The notes beneath the pieces were generated by a model. That model did not search any database, was not told the DNA's origin, and saw nothing but the letters and a program-made list of their open reading frames with translations. Of a DNA stretch of 64,000 nt, positions 38,950 to 51,335 are shown piece after piece. Each line of letters opens with the position of its first letter. Position 1 is the stretch's first letter. Origin of the DNA: Raja brachyura (lineage: Eukaryota); assembly GCA_963514005.1 (NCBI GenBank), contig OY740803.1:12400001-12464000 (forward strand), read 5' to 3'. The position numbers and the translations under genes were made by a program.

Positions 38950-39520
38950 AACATGAATTGTAAATTATATTTGACAAATTTGTTCAAATTCTTTGTTGAT
39001 GTGACAGGGAGAGAAACCTGACGATGAAGTTCATTTAGATTTCCAAAAAGTGTTTAACAAGGTGCAACATAAGAGATTGGTGCATAAATTAAATGCCCAA
39101 GGTATTGGGGAAGTCTGTCAGCATGCATGTAAAACTGGCTGTCACAGAGAGTTGGAAAAAATAGATATTTTTCAGCTTGATTGGATGTAACTACTGGAGT
39201 TACTCAGGAATTGGTTCTCAGCCCCCAATTGACTTAATGACCCAAAGCAGGCAATGAAATGTAATGTTTCCAAGCTTGCCAATAATACAAAAGCAGCTGG
39301 AAGAATGTGTTGTGATGGGACTTTGTGATTCTACAAGAGGAGTGTGAGGTCATGCGCTTCAGTACGAAGAATCAAAAAAAGAATTGTTACCTAAATGGAA
39401 AGTGAATGCAAATGAATGAAGTTCATTGAGGTTGAGTAGTTCTAGTGCATGAATCATAAAGGGTTCGCCAGCAAATTGTACATATAGTTAAGAAAGCAAA
39501 TGAGATTATTTTTCCTTTGT
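38950..39520 (+). mobile_element. Old CR1 RT remnant
   Basis: TTAGATTTCCAAAAAGTGTTTAACAAGGTG (LDFQK-F-KV) and degenerate downstream RT. Confidence 0.65.
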
Positions 39521-39547
39521 GCTGCTTGCAATATGTTGCCACAGTGG

Positions 39548-40158
39548 TGGCAGGGTAGCGCAGCAGTAGAGTTGCTTCCTAATGCCCCTGTCCCACTTAG
39601 GAAACCTGAATGGAAACCTCTGGAGACTTTGCGTCCCACCCAAGGTTTCTGTTCGGTTCCCAGAGGTTTTTGTCAGTCTCCCTTATGGTCGAAAGTGGTT
39701 CCGTTTTAAAAATCGGTAATTTTTTAGTCGAAGACGGTTGCGATGCTAGTTGAAGGTGGTTGCCGGAGGACAAAAACCTCCGGGAACCTCCGGGAATCGC
39801 ACGGAAACCTTGGGTGGGGCGCAAAGTCTCCAGAGGTTTCCGTTCAGGTTTCCTAAGTGGGACAGGGGCATTACACCGCTTGCAGCGCCGGAGATCTGGG
39901 TTTGATCCCGACTACGGGTGCTGTCTGTACTGAGTTTGTATGATTTCCCCTTGACCATGTGGGTTTTCTCCGAGATCTTCGGTTTCCTCCCACACTCCAA
40001 AAATGTACAGGTTTGTAGATTAATTGGCTTGGTATAAATGTAAATTGTCTCTAATGTATGTAGGATAGTGTTAATGTGCAAGGATCATTGGTCAGTGCGG
40101 ACTCGGTGGGCCGAAGGGCCTGTTTCTGCACTGTATCCCTAAACTAAACTAAACTAAG
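39548..40158 (+). mobile_element. HE1-like SINE interrupted by a MITE
   Basis: Head stops at 39580 and resumes at 39871; (CTAAA)n tail. Confidence 0.9.
39583..39870. mobile_element. PIF/Harbinger-like MITE
   Basis: Long TIRs TGCCCCTGTCCCACTTAGGAAACCTGAA; flanks TAA and TTA. Confidence 0.85.
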
Positions 40159-40233
40159 TAAGGAGCCATTTTAGTCTTATTTTGACCTCTTGACATTTTT
40201 CCTTTATTTTCAAAAGGATGGCAGTTTATGAAT

Positions 40234-40375
40234 CTTCTTCTTCTTACGTATGGCGTGCACAGCCTAAAGTTGTAGGTCAACTTGTTCTATTTGATCTTTT
40301 TGCTTGTGCACGTCGGGTTAATTGCATTAGTCGAAACAGGGTGGACCACTTGAAGGTTGCAATCTCCCTCCCCAT
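40234..40375 (-). mobile_element. 142-bp retroposon with HDV-like ribozyme head and (GAA)n tail
   Basis: 9-bp TSD TTTATGAAT at 40225-40233 and 40376-40384; tail AAGAAGAAGAAG on the minus strand. Confidence 0.85.
40320..40373 (-). ncRNA. Minimal HDV/CPEB3-like self-cleaving ribozyme (54 nt)
   Basis: P1 GGGGAGG/CCACCCU, P2 GAUUGCA/UGCAAUU, P3 ACC/GGU, L3 UUCAAGU, J4/2 CUAA. Confidence 0.75.
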
Positions 40376-40467
40376 TTTATGAATAGGGAGGTTTTGTTCT
40401 GGTTTCTTGCTGCTCCCACCTGATAAGAAGGAACCAAGTTATTCAGAGGAGGCATGAGAGATAACCA

Positions 40468-40632
40468 ATGCTGGAAATTTGAGCAATAAACAAAATGCTG
40501 GAGTATCTTCGGTAGCATCTGTGAATGGAATGGGGAAAAAAAGTTTCGGGTCAAGACACTTCTTCAGACTTATGGTCTGAAGAAGGTCCTCAGTCTCTGA
40601 AAAAGGATCTCGACCAAAAACATCACCTAATA
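40468..40632. mobile_element. Inverted Penelope-derived short repeats
   Basis: CTTCTTCAGAC-TTATG-GTCTGAAGAAG centre. Confidence 0.7.
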
Positions 40633-41349
40633 ATTCCATCCACAAATAAAACTAGTTTTAGCTCAAGTTAATCAACGGTTCATCTGACAAGTGTGAATTT
40701 CTTTCATTTTCAAATGGACATCTGCTTCAAATGAACAGCACAGAGGAAGAACAACCGAACGCAGTGTTGAGGGAGTCACTTTATTTTCCTGCACCACATC
40801 CAGGAAAAGCAACTTGAAAAGTGCTTGCATTATATTTTTGTGAAATAAATCCTCATGCATGTCACTTCCTGCTTTGAACAGCCACCCTGGCAGGTTTACA
40901 GCGCGATCTGATCCTACTGCTGCTGTCGGTGAACATTACCTGTGACTGCCTATCTGTGGCATGTTGACAAATTCACAGAAGGACATTATCATATGGCTGT
41001 TAAGTCTTTGAAATTTCAGCACGAGTTCTGAATATATGTACAATCTCACCAGATGGTTAGCTATTTATTTGCCCAAACATTTCACAGAAGCATAAGTTTA
41101 CTTGCTGGTGTAATCATAAGAAGTGGCCAAAATTGCAATCATATCACCTATCTAATTGCAACAAAAGGCAAAATCGTTTTTGACAGCGAGTTTGGAGCAC
41201 AAGAGCTGTACGCATTTAATGAGGCAACCGAGGGTGTGGGTAATACCTGCTGTTTTCTATATTGAATGAGATGGCATTCTCATGAGGAAGCATGGATTGA
41301 ACAACAAAATCCCATTCAAGGAAGGAATTGGGCAGTGAACTGCAAAAAC

Positions 41350-41472
41350 AAAGAGAGAGAGAAAGCGCGAGAGAGGGCGAGATCAAGTGGAGAAGAGATG
41401 GAAGGGTATGGGGGATGGAGGAGGGGAGGGGAGAGGGGAGTGGAAGAAAGAGAGAGAGAGAGAGAGAGAGAG
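41350..41472. repeat. Purine-rich tract ending in a (GA)n microsatellite
   Basis: Seen directly. Confidence 0.9.
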
Positions 41473-43185
41473 TCTCTCTCTGCTCTGACAGTTGAGAAGT
41501 TTTGAAGCAATCTTTTAAAGGTTTTCGTCTAAGGAAGAGGGAAAGAGGCAGTGAAAGTTCGAAGTTTGACAACGTCGGACTGCGGAAACCTTCCTTTTTT
41601 AAAGGATTTCTCCATTCAGTGAGGAATTCCAGCACTTTTCTGGAGTTCCGTAGGAGTGGCAGTGGCTGGCAGATTGACAATCGTACTTGGAGTCCTGGAG
41701 TCGGGAAGAGGCGGTGTTTATGTGGTTTCCAGCATTGTAACACTGCTCCAATACCGTTTTGCCGAGACAATAGACAATAAACAATAGGTGCAGGAGTAGG
41801 CCATTCAGCCATTCGAGCCAGCACCGCCATTCAATGTGATTATGGCTGATCATCCCCAATCAGTACCCCGTTCCTGCTTTCTCCCCATATCCCCTGACTC
41901 TGCTATCTTTAAGATCACTATCTAGCTTTTACTTTAAAGTATCCAATGAACCAGCCCTCTGAGGCAGAGAATTTCACAGACTGACCACTCTCAGTGAGAA
42001 AAAGTCTCCTTTCTAAATGGCTTAATCCTTATTCTTAAACTGTGGCCCCTGGTTCTGGACTCCCCCCAAAATCGGGAACATGTTTCCTGCCTCTAGCGTG
42101 TCCAAACCCTTAACAATCTTATATGTTTCAATAAGATCCCCTCTCATCCTTCTAAACTCCAGAGTATACAAGCCCAGCCGCTCCAATTAACCTTGTAAAG
42201 CTACGCTGCACTCCCTCAATTGGAAGAATATCCTTCCTCAAATTAGGGGACCAAAACTGCACACAATACTCCAGATATGGTCTCACTAGGGCCCTGTACA
42301 ACTGCAGAAGGACCTCTTTGCTCCTATACTCGACTCCACTTGTTATAAAGGTCAACATGCCATTTGCTTTCTTCACTGCCTGCTGTACCGGCATGCTTAC
42401 TGTCATAGACTGATGACAAGGATCCCCAGATTTTCCCAACTTGACACCATTTAGATAGTAATCTGCCTTCCTGTTTTTGATACCAAAGTGGATACTCTCA
42501 CATTTATCCAGGTTGCCTGGGCATAAATGAAGAGAAGGTACTTTTTGAATCCGATAGTTTCTGGAGGCTCGGAGACCTGGGAAAAACCTCCCAAAAGCTG
42601 CTCTCGGCAGAGAAGTTAAACATGGATATTTTTGTGGATGTTTATCGAATGAAGAGAATTGCTTCTACTGCTCTTTTAGACTGACTCTGAGACTGCTGTT
42701 GTCTCTGGTGCTGGATTGTACCCCTGTGAGGATGGCGGCGGCTCGGGCTCGGGCTCGGAGTTACGCAGCTGCGGTTTCGGCAGCTGCTTCGGGGTCACTC
42801 GAGGAGGAGCCTTATGTTAACATGGGGGGAATGAAATACGGGATCAAGATCCAAACTGGTACCGGTGGACCAAGGAGGCAACAGTAGTGGGTCTGCACGA
42901 TCTTTTTCAGAAAAACTTGATTGCCTCTTCCGAGGTTGGAGGGGGGAAATGTGAATTTATCTTATTAATGTCACAGCAGGGGGTGACCCTAGCTTTGGAG
43001 AAGGGGCTCACAGTGGGCGGGATCTTTGTACCTGTGGAACCGTGAGTGTCCACCGTGAGACCGGCTTTCCTGCGCTGCGTTTCCACTTTTGTCCGGGATG
43101 CGCTCCTTCTTCCACACCCGGCAAAGATTGGGAAGGTGTGGTCTTGGCTGACTAGGCTTAATTTCAGCCCACCAGGCCTACTCTA
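41473..43185 (+). mobile_element. Tx1-clade LINE 5' portion (putative long UTR and degenerate ORF1), interrupted by CR1
   Basis: ATG at 42732 gives MAAARARARSYAAAV; downstream LALEKGLTVGGIFVPVEP*..FVRDALLLPH resembles the Tx1 ORF1 motif. 5' boundary is uncertain. Confidence 0.6.
41765..42509 (-). mobile_element. CR1/HER1 LINE 3' fragment
   Basis: ORF 42152-42439 LYRALVRPYLEYCVQFWSP; (CTATTGT)n tail. Confidence 0.9.
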
Positions 43186-43289
43186 ATCACCAAGTACATA
43201 TGTCTATAATAATCCTACTAAGATCTATTTCATTCTCCACATTCCCTGGATCCTATCATACACTTACACACATTAGTACAGCGGACACA

Positions 43290-43470
43290 CAGATCCAGCG
43301 ATCTGGGCTCAATTGTGGCCTGTTTCTACAGGGTTTGCACTTCCTTGTGAAGTCATACCTGTCCCTAATGCCCTGGTTGCCTTCCATATCCCAAAGATAT
43401 GCTTGTAGATTGATTGACAACTGTTAATTGCCCTTAGTGGGTGGCAAGAGAATTGGGTGACTTGGTGAGC
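43290..43470 (+). mobile_element. Old HE1-like SINE remnant
   Basis: GGTTTGCAC..CCTTCCATATCCCAAAGAT..TTGCCCTTAGTG. Confidence 0.55.
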
Positions 43471-43476
43471 ATGTGA

Positions 43477-44010
43477 AACATAGAAACATAGACAATAGGC
43501 GTAGGAGTAGGCCATTCGGCCCTTCTAGCCAGCACCGCCATTCAATATGATCAAGGCTGATCATTCAAAATCAGTACCCCGTTCCTAATTTCTTCCCATA
43601 CCCCTTGATTCCTTCAGCCCTCAGAGCTATATCTAACCCTCTCTTGAAAAAAATTCAGTGACTTGGCCTCCACTGCCTTCTGTGACAGGGAATTCCCCAG
43701 ATTCACAATTCTCTGGGTGAAAATGTTTTTCCTCATCTCAGTCCAAAATGGCCTACCCCTTATTCTTAAACTGTGACCCCTGGTTCTGGACTCCAATCAA
43801 GATCCTGCTGTAATCTTTGACAACCATCTTCCTATCTACAATACCACCCACTTTAGTGTCATCTGCAAACTTGCTAATCGTGCCATGTACATTCTCATCC
43901 AAATTATTGGACTCCTAACATCGGCAACATTTTTCTTGCATCTAGCCTGTGCAATCCTCTAATAATTGTATATGTTTCTATAAGATCCCCTCTCATCCTT
44001 TTAAATTCAT
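43477..44010 (-). mobile_element. CR1/HER1 3' fragment with an internal 113-bp insertion
   Basis: ESRTRGHSLRIRG..IFTQRIVNL and 3' UTR. Confidence 0.88.
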
Positions 44011-44084
44011 GAATATCAGCCCAGTGAAAGATTCTAAGTTACTGGGAAATATGTCTGGAAAATGGATCTGATGGGATTGTTGAC

Positions 44085-45210
44085 ATAGACTTTCAGATTG
44101 CATGGGATCCAAGGAGAGATAACTGAATGGATAGGAAATTGGCTTCAAGAAAGGAAGCAGAGAGTGATGGGGGAAGGGTGTTTTTTGGATTGGAGGCCTG
44201 TGACTTGTGGCGTCCTTTAGGGTTTGGTTTTGGGCCCATTGCTGTTTTCCATCGCTATCAATAATTTGGATGAGAATGTACATGGCATGATTAGCAAGTT
44301 TGCAGATGGCACTAAAGTGGGTGGTATTGCAGATATTAAACGTAGCTGTCAAAGATTACAGCAGGATCTTGATTGGTTGAGCAGGTGAGCTGAGGAATGG
44401 TTAACATAATTTAATACAGAGAAATGTGAGGTGTTGCATTTTGGGAAGTCTAACATGGGCAGGACTTACACAGTAGGGTAGGGCTCTAGGGAGTGTTGTG
44501 GAGCATAGGGATCTAGGAGTGCAGGTATATAGTTCCTTGAAAGTGGCATCACAGATGGATAGGGCGGTCAAGAAGGCTTTTAGCACATTGGCCTTCATCA
44601 GTAAAAGTATTGAGCATAGAAGTTGGGAGGTTATGTTACAGTTATATAAGATGTTGGTGAGGCCACATTTAGAGTATTGTGTTTATTTTTGGTCACCACT
44701 TTATAGGAAGGATGGTGTAAGCTTCAAAGGTTCCAAGGAGATTTACCTGGATATTGCCAGGACTCGAGGCATTGAACAATAGGGAGAGCTTGAACAGGCT
44801 AGGGCTTGGAGCACAGTAGGATGAGGAGTGATCTTATAGAGGTGTATAAAATCATGAGAGGAATAGATCGGGGAAACACACAGTCTTTTGCTCAGATTAG
44901 GGGGATCGAGAACCAGTGAAGATGCATTTAAGGTGAGGGGGGAAAGGTTTAACAGGAACCTGAGGGGTAACTATTTCACACAAATGGTGGTGGGTGCATG
45001 GAATAAGCTGCCAGAGAAGGCAGTTGAGGCTGGTACCATCACAACGTTTAAGAAACATTTAGACAGGTGCATGGAAAATGTAGGTTTAGACAAATATGAG
45101 CCAAAAGCAGGCAGGTGGGACAAGTGTAGATGGGGCATGTTGGGCGGTGTGAACAAGTTGGGCCGAAGGGCATGTTTGACTCTATGTATGACTATAACTC
45201 AATGACTATG
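44085..45210 (+). mobile_element. CR1 LINE RT to 3' end
   Basis: SKFADGTK, RDLGV, LYKMLVRPHLEYCV, WNKLP. Confidence 0.9.
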
Positions 45211-45495
45211 ATTTGATGGTTACAAACCCTCCTTCTAAATCATTAGGAAATATGAATAATGTAAGATATTATAATGTTATATTTCACTTGTTAATTTTTT
45301 CCCTTTCTTATTATTTTGCACCCTGATTATATAAATAAGAAATACTTTATTTAAGTGTTTTGTGCTTTTTAAACTCCACACGGTTACTCTCCTACTCAGC
45401 GGGCTCAATGCAAACATCTTCATGATGGCTTTCTGTTCCATTTCTTGTCATCTAATCACCTAATCTCCTCTTAAAAGCACCTACACAATACATAT

Positions 45496-45588
45496 CAGTC
45501 TGAAGAAGGGTCTCGACCCGAAATGTCACCCATTCCTCTCCATAGATGCTGCCTGTCCCGCTGAGTTACTCCAGCATTTTGTGTCTAC
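45496..45588 (+). mobile_element. Penelope-derived short repeat (hammerhead motif)
   Basis: CTGAAGAAGGGTCTCGACCCGAAATGTC. Confidence 0.85.
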
Positions 45589-46051
45589 ATATCAATCATT
45601 CCTCGTTATAATAAAATGTAAATTCTGACTGGACTAAGTGTCAAGAAAGGTTTAGCTTCATACTAAATTAAGCATCAAGTATCCTGTGTTCATTTCTTCT
45701 AATTTTGGAATCCTAAACAAGTGAAAGTATTCTTTTCACAGCCAACTCATTCATCGTTTTATAAACCTTCAGGCCACTGTACATTTTATCCTTCATAATA
45801 CAAGAAGGCCTCACCAGTTTTAATCCTTTTTGATTTAATTCACTTTCTCCAGAGCATTGAGATTATTTTTTTTACAGTATCCAGACCAGAAATAAATACA
45901 GCATTTTAATTCTAACATGTCCAGGGTTTTACACAAGATGCAATATTCCTGAATTATGTGCCCTATCTCAAGATATAAACTGGATGCTTTGCTTCCATGT
46001 TTAGTTTTTTTTTCCAGTCAGTTATATTGTTTATTTTAACTAGACTAGACA

Positions 46052-46305
46052 GGTGGCACCGTGGCACAATGGTAGAGTTGCTGCTATGCAGTGCTTAGAA
46101 CACCAGAGCCCGGGTTTGATCCTGGCTACGGGTGCTTGGCTGGACGGAGATTGTACATTCTATTCTCCCCGTGACCTGCATGGGTTTTCTCATGGTATAA
46201 TTGTAAATTGTCCCTCGTGTGTGTCAGTGTGCAGGAATTGCTGGTTGGCACAGACTCGCTGGGCCAAACAGCCTATTTCCATGCTGTAGCTCTAAGCTAA
46301 CCAAA
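46052..46305 (+). mobile_element. HE1-like SINE
   Basis: tRNA-like head GTGGCACAATGGTAGAGTTGCTGC, B box and tail. Confidence 0.8.
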
Positions 46306-47431
46306 CGAAGATGGCCATTCAGTCAGTCATTTGAATGACAGCTGTGATTGAGGTCTTCAACTTTTGGTCCATTGCCTTCAAATATGTCTAAGTGTTTTGA
46401 TGGTTTGTACCTGACTCCGTTTCAGACACAAGAGTTCAAAACCCCATTAAACTCCATATAACCAAACTTACAGTATCTTGTCAGCAATTGCTTAACAATT
46501 AATTCATAATAGTTTTTAATTCGTGCAATTATTTGACTGTCATTCCCAAAATGAACAAAATTAAATTATAAATTAGGCTGCAGCTTATGAGCGAGATAGT
46601 TTGGAATTATTCTGCCTGTTATGCTTCACTGAAGTGATTAGTTTTCACATCAGCAAAAGTGTCACTATTGTTTAGCTGATGCATGTAAAACAACTAAGTC
46701 ACACCTTGTATTTTGAACAATTGCCTTTGGTACATTTTTTTGAATAGTCACAGCTGGCAATACAATTTTGTCTTTATTAAACAATTCATCTTTACAATTG
46801 ATGGCTTGAAGTATTGCTCTCTTGATTTTGAATGCAATTGGCTTTGGCTTTTTTTTCCCTGGGACAATTCATTCTGTGCAGTGACTGTGGTAGCAAAAAA
46901 AGTTTCAATTTAGTCACATAATTAACTGCAGTTGGCACAAAAGGTTTGTCACAAGAGGCTTTGTAAATGGAGTCAAAGCATCTGTTTGGGAAGATCAACA
47001 TTTTTATGGAAATAGTAATGAACCTAAAGAATAGCTGAAGTTGCAACATCGTTTGTGTGTTGTTGATATCCCCGAGGAAAAACACCTTTAATTCTGCCAT
47101 AATTTAGTGTCTTAATGCCGTCTACCAATGTGAACAAGACCAATTAAACCCATTGCAAAAACAGGTCACTGTTTTTGTTTACAAATGATATCCCAATCAT
47201 AAATTATTAATAATAATACAGATTTATCTCATTTCATAATGAATGAAGCATTGGGATAGTGTCTCTTTGCAAAGAATATTCATGTAAGTTCCACCAAATC
47301 TCCACCAATTCCAATATTGGTGGCCAGTGGGGGGGGGGGGGCTTTCTGGAACACTAGTATGGGCGTTGTGGGCCAAAGGACGGGTTTCCAGAGGGCTAGT
47401 ATGGACATTATGGGCCGAATGGATTCTTGGA

Positions 47432-47604
47432 CTGGCAGCTCAGTCACTCAGGCCTGGTGACTAGCAGCTCAGTCACTCAGGCTTGGTGGGCTGGCAGCTC
47501 AGTCACTCAGGTCTGGTGGGCTGGCAGCTCAGTCACTCAGATCTGGTGGGCTGGCAGCTCAGTCACTCAGGTCTGGTGGGCTGGCTGCTCAGTCACTCAG
47601 GCCT
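47432..47604. repeat. 30-bp tandem repeat, 6 copies
   Basis: Unit CTGGCAGCTCAGTCACTCAGGTCTGGTGGG. Confidence 0.95.
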
Positions 47605-48039
47605 GAAATTCTGCCCAAAACAGGTGAGAGACTCTGTGAGAGAGAAGAGGGAGAGGGTGGAGAATCAATTTTAGACATGTTTCATCTTTTTCTGCAGATC
47701 ACAGCAATGAAGGATAAAAGTCTATCCTGGCCTGGATCTCACAGGGAGCCAATGAAGCGAAGGAGAACAATACTGGGGTGAGGTTTAATACTTGCAGGGT
47801 GAATACTTACTGATGGGCCAAAGGGACTCTTCCTGGGCTAGCACAGGCCTGATGGGTCGAAGGGGCTCTTTAAAAAAAAATCTGCGTGAATTCTCGGTGA
47901 AAGACACTTTTTCTGGACTTTTCCTGGCCTGACACGGGCCTCTTGGGCCAAAATGCTCCTCCTGGGCTAATACTGGCATTTTGGGCAAAAGGGACAGGTT
48001 TCTCTGCTAATAGGGGCCTTGTGGGCCGAAATTAGTGGT

Positions 48040-48540
48040 TTCATGCAGGCCAAGCAACTCATTTCATTTCAATTCCTTTTCAATTTCAAGCACAGAGCAG
48101 GCCAAACAGCTGATTGCATTTTCATTTCACTTCCATTGCCATTGCCGTTTCAAGCACAGGGCAGGCCAAGCCAAACAGCTGTTTGCATTTTCATTTCACT
48201 TACATTGCCATTGCAGTTTCAAGCACAGGACAGGCCAAGCCAAAGAGCTGATTGCATTTTCATTTCACTTTCAATGCCATTGCAGTTTCAAGCACAAGGC
48301 AGGCCAGGCCAATCAGCTGATTGCATTTTCATTTCACTTCCATTGTCATTGCAGTTTCAAGCACAGGGCAGGCCAGGCCAAACAGCTGATTGCATTATCA
48401 TTTCACTTCCATTGCCATTGCAGTTTGAAGCACAGGGCAGGCCACACCAAACAGCTCATTGCATTTTCATTTCACTTCCATTGCCAATGCAGTTTCAAGC
48501 ACAGGGCAGGGCAGGCCAAACAGCTGATTGCATTTTCATT
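48040..48540. repeat. 69-bp tandem repeat, about 7 copies
   Basis: Unit starts at 48151, 48220, 48289, 48358, 48427 and 48496. Confidence 0.95.
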
Positions 48541-48819
48541 TGAGTTACCATGTAGCCATGCGAATAAAAATAACACAATAGAATATAACATAAACGACCA
48601 CCACAGTGGAATCAACATTTCTCACTGTGATGGAAGGCAATAAAGTTCAGTCATCTTCCTCTTTGTTCACCCGTGGTTGAGGCCGAGAACCCTCCGCAAT
48701 CATCGCTACGGACAGCCCGATGTACAGGCCCTCTCGCCGGGATGATCAAAACACCAGCGTCGGAATGGATCGGAACTTGGATTTTGCAAATCGGCCACTT
48801 CTTACCGCAGACCGCTGCT

Positions 48820-51335
48820 CTTTTTTTTAAAATATATATTTTTTAGAAGCAAACACATATTATAGTAAAAACTTTTCATATGTATCAATCATACATTATT
48901 AACATTATCAATTGTGGATTAATTCTGCTTCTAATTATTTTTTTTATATAGATAGAAAGTAAGAAAGAAAGAAAAAAAAACACAAAGGTCAAGATTTAAA
49001 AAAAAAATGGAATATTTACTAATAATACATAATTGGAGATAGGTTTGAAGATTATAAAGTATAACTTTTCATCTAATCCTGAGGTCAAGTTTCAGTTAGG
49101 TCCCCGTGCCGAACCAATCTACCCCTTCAAATAATCGATGAATGAAGACCATATTCTAACAAAAAGTTATTGTTTGTCCATTAAAACAAATCTGATTCTT
49201 TCCAGGTGTAGGGTCTCCGACATTTCCATAATCCACATTTTAATTGTGGGGGTTATAGGGCCTTTCCAAAATTTTAATATTAATTTCTTCCCAGTTATTA
49301 TACTGTAGTCTAGAAAATGTCTTTGGCTTGTTGTGAGTGTTAGATTTTGTTCTGATATTCCAAGTATTATTAACTTTGAGTCGGGATCCAATTTAGTATT
49401 AACAACTTCAGAAATTATTCTAAAAATATCAATCCAGAAATTTTTGATTTTTATACAATTTGCAAAAGTATGTGTTAAGTTAGCCTCTAGATGCTGACAT
49501 TTATCGCAGATAGGAGAGATATGTGGGAAAATGCTATTTAGTTTTACTTTAGAGTAGTGTAATCTGTGTAATACTTTAAATTGTATTAAAGCATGTCTGG
49601 CATTTAACGGGCATTGATGTGTGTATTGTAGACCTTTGTCCCAAATGTCTTTCGTTATAGGTTGGCCTAATTCATTTTCCCATGTATGTCTATATGATTC
49701 TATCGATGGAACCTCATTATCTAAGAGGGTATTATAAATATAAGTTGTTAATTTTTCAGTATTAGGATGTTTATTCAAACATTCATCAAGGATTTCTGGT
49801 TCCCTACTCCTATAATCTTGTGTATTAGATTTAACATAATCTCTAAGTTGTAGATAACTAAAAAAATTATTTGAGTGTAGTCCATAAATCTGTTGTAACT
49901 CCTGAAATGAAAGAAAAGTGCCTTTCTTATAAAGATGTCTTTTTAATTCCGTAATTATTCCATTGTATGAAACCTTTATCCAATATGGAAGGTTTAAATA
50001 AGGGATTGTTTAAAATGGGAAAACAAAGTGATATATTATCCAATTTTAAAGCTTTTTCAATTGTATACCACTATGTATTATAGGGTTTTCCCTATAGGTT
50101 TTTTTGTGTAATTCTGTGGGTGCAAACATAATCGAACCAATTTCAAAAGGCAAACAGTCTTCCCTTTCCATCCTTAACCTGTCTGGTTGCTGATCCATTT
50201 CTTCCAGCCAGAAATTCATGTTTTTAATATGGACTGCCCAAAAAATGTGGTAAAGCTAAACCTCCATTAGTCTTTGATTTACATAAATGTTTTTTGCTTA
50301 TTCTATGATTCTTATAATCCCAAATGAAGCTTGTAATAATGGAGTCGACTTTAAAAAAAAAAATTGGGGGATATATATCTGGATTGACTGAAATAGGTAC
50401 AGTAATTGTGGCAAAAAGATCATTTTTATAGCATTAATTCTACCAAGCATTGAAATGGGGAGTGTTTTCCAATACTGAATATTCTTATTTAGTTTATTCA
50501 GTAAAGGTGGGAAGTTTGATTTAAATAAAGAAGTATATGTCTTAGTTACATAAATTCCTAAATGTTTAAATGTTTCCTTAACTATTTTAAAAGGGGATTG
50601 CTGTAGTGTATGTAAATTGAGTTCCGTTGTTGGCATGATTTCGCTTTTATTCCAAATTGAGTTATTAGATTTAATAGGTTTGGAATGCTAGTTTCTGGCT
50701 TTGTAATATATATTAATACATCATCTGCATATAAGGAGATTTTATTCATTGTGTCTTTAGTATTATACCCATGTATTTCTGGATGAGCTCTAACATTTTC
50801 TGCTAATTGTTCAATTGCAAGAGCGAATAATAATGGGAATAGCGGGCATCTTTGTCGACAACCTCTAGAAAGATTAAATTTAGTTGATAACATTTGGTTT
50901 GATAATATTCTAGCTGTTGGGTTAGAATATAAAAGTTTAACCCATGTACAGTACTTCTCTCCCAATTGAAAATTTTCCATCACCGAAAATAAATATGACC
51001 ATTCTATCTAATCAAATGCTTTTTCAACATCTAGCGAGATAATTGCTAGGTCTGCATTAGCAAATCTATTTGAGTATATGATATTAAATAGTCGTCTCAA
51101 ATTGTAAAATGAGTAACGTTTTGGAATAAAACCTGTTTGGTCGGGGTGTATTAATTTGTTAATCACTAAACTCAATCTATGAGATAGGATTTTAGTTAAT
51201 ATTTTCTAATCAGTATTTAAGAGAGTTATTGCTCTATATGAACCTGGGTCTTCAAGATCCTTATCAGGTTTTGGTATAAGTATTATTGTAGATTTGTTTA
51301 AAGTTTCTGGGAGTTTCTGTTGAGTATAAACGTGT
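48820..51335 (-). mobile_element. L1-clade LINE ORF2 (RT and Cys-rich C-terminus), 5'-truncated and disrupted
   Basis: GCRQRCPLFPLLFALAIE, ISLYADDVLIY, GRINAIKM, CDKC..HTFANC; A-rich tail; possible TSD CTGCT. Confidence 0.9.

Noticed and set aside
42699-42887. Host gene first exon (MAAARARARS...)
   Set aside because: Stops early, and downstream sequence matches a decayed Tx1 ORF1.
47432-47604. CRISPR-like 30-bp repeats
   Set aside because: Contiguous units without unique spacers, eukaryotic context and no cas genes.
48019-48643. 174-aa and 202-aa repetitive ORFs
   Set aside because: Produced by a stop-free 69-bp tandem unit open in two frames; no splice or domain evidence.
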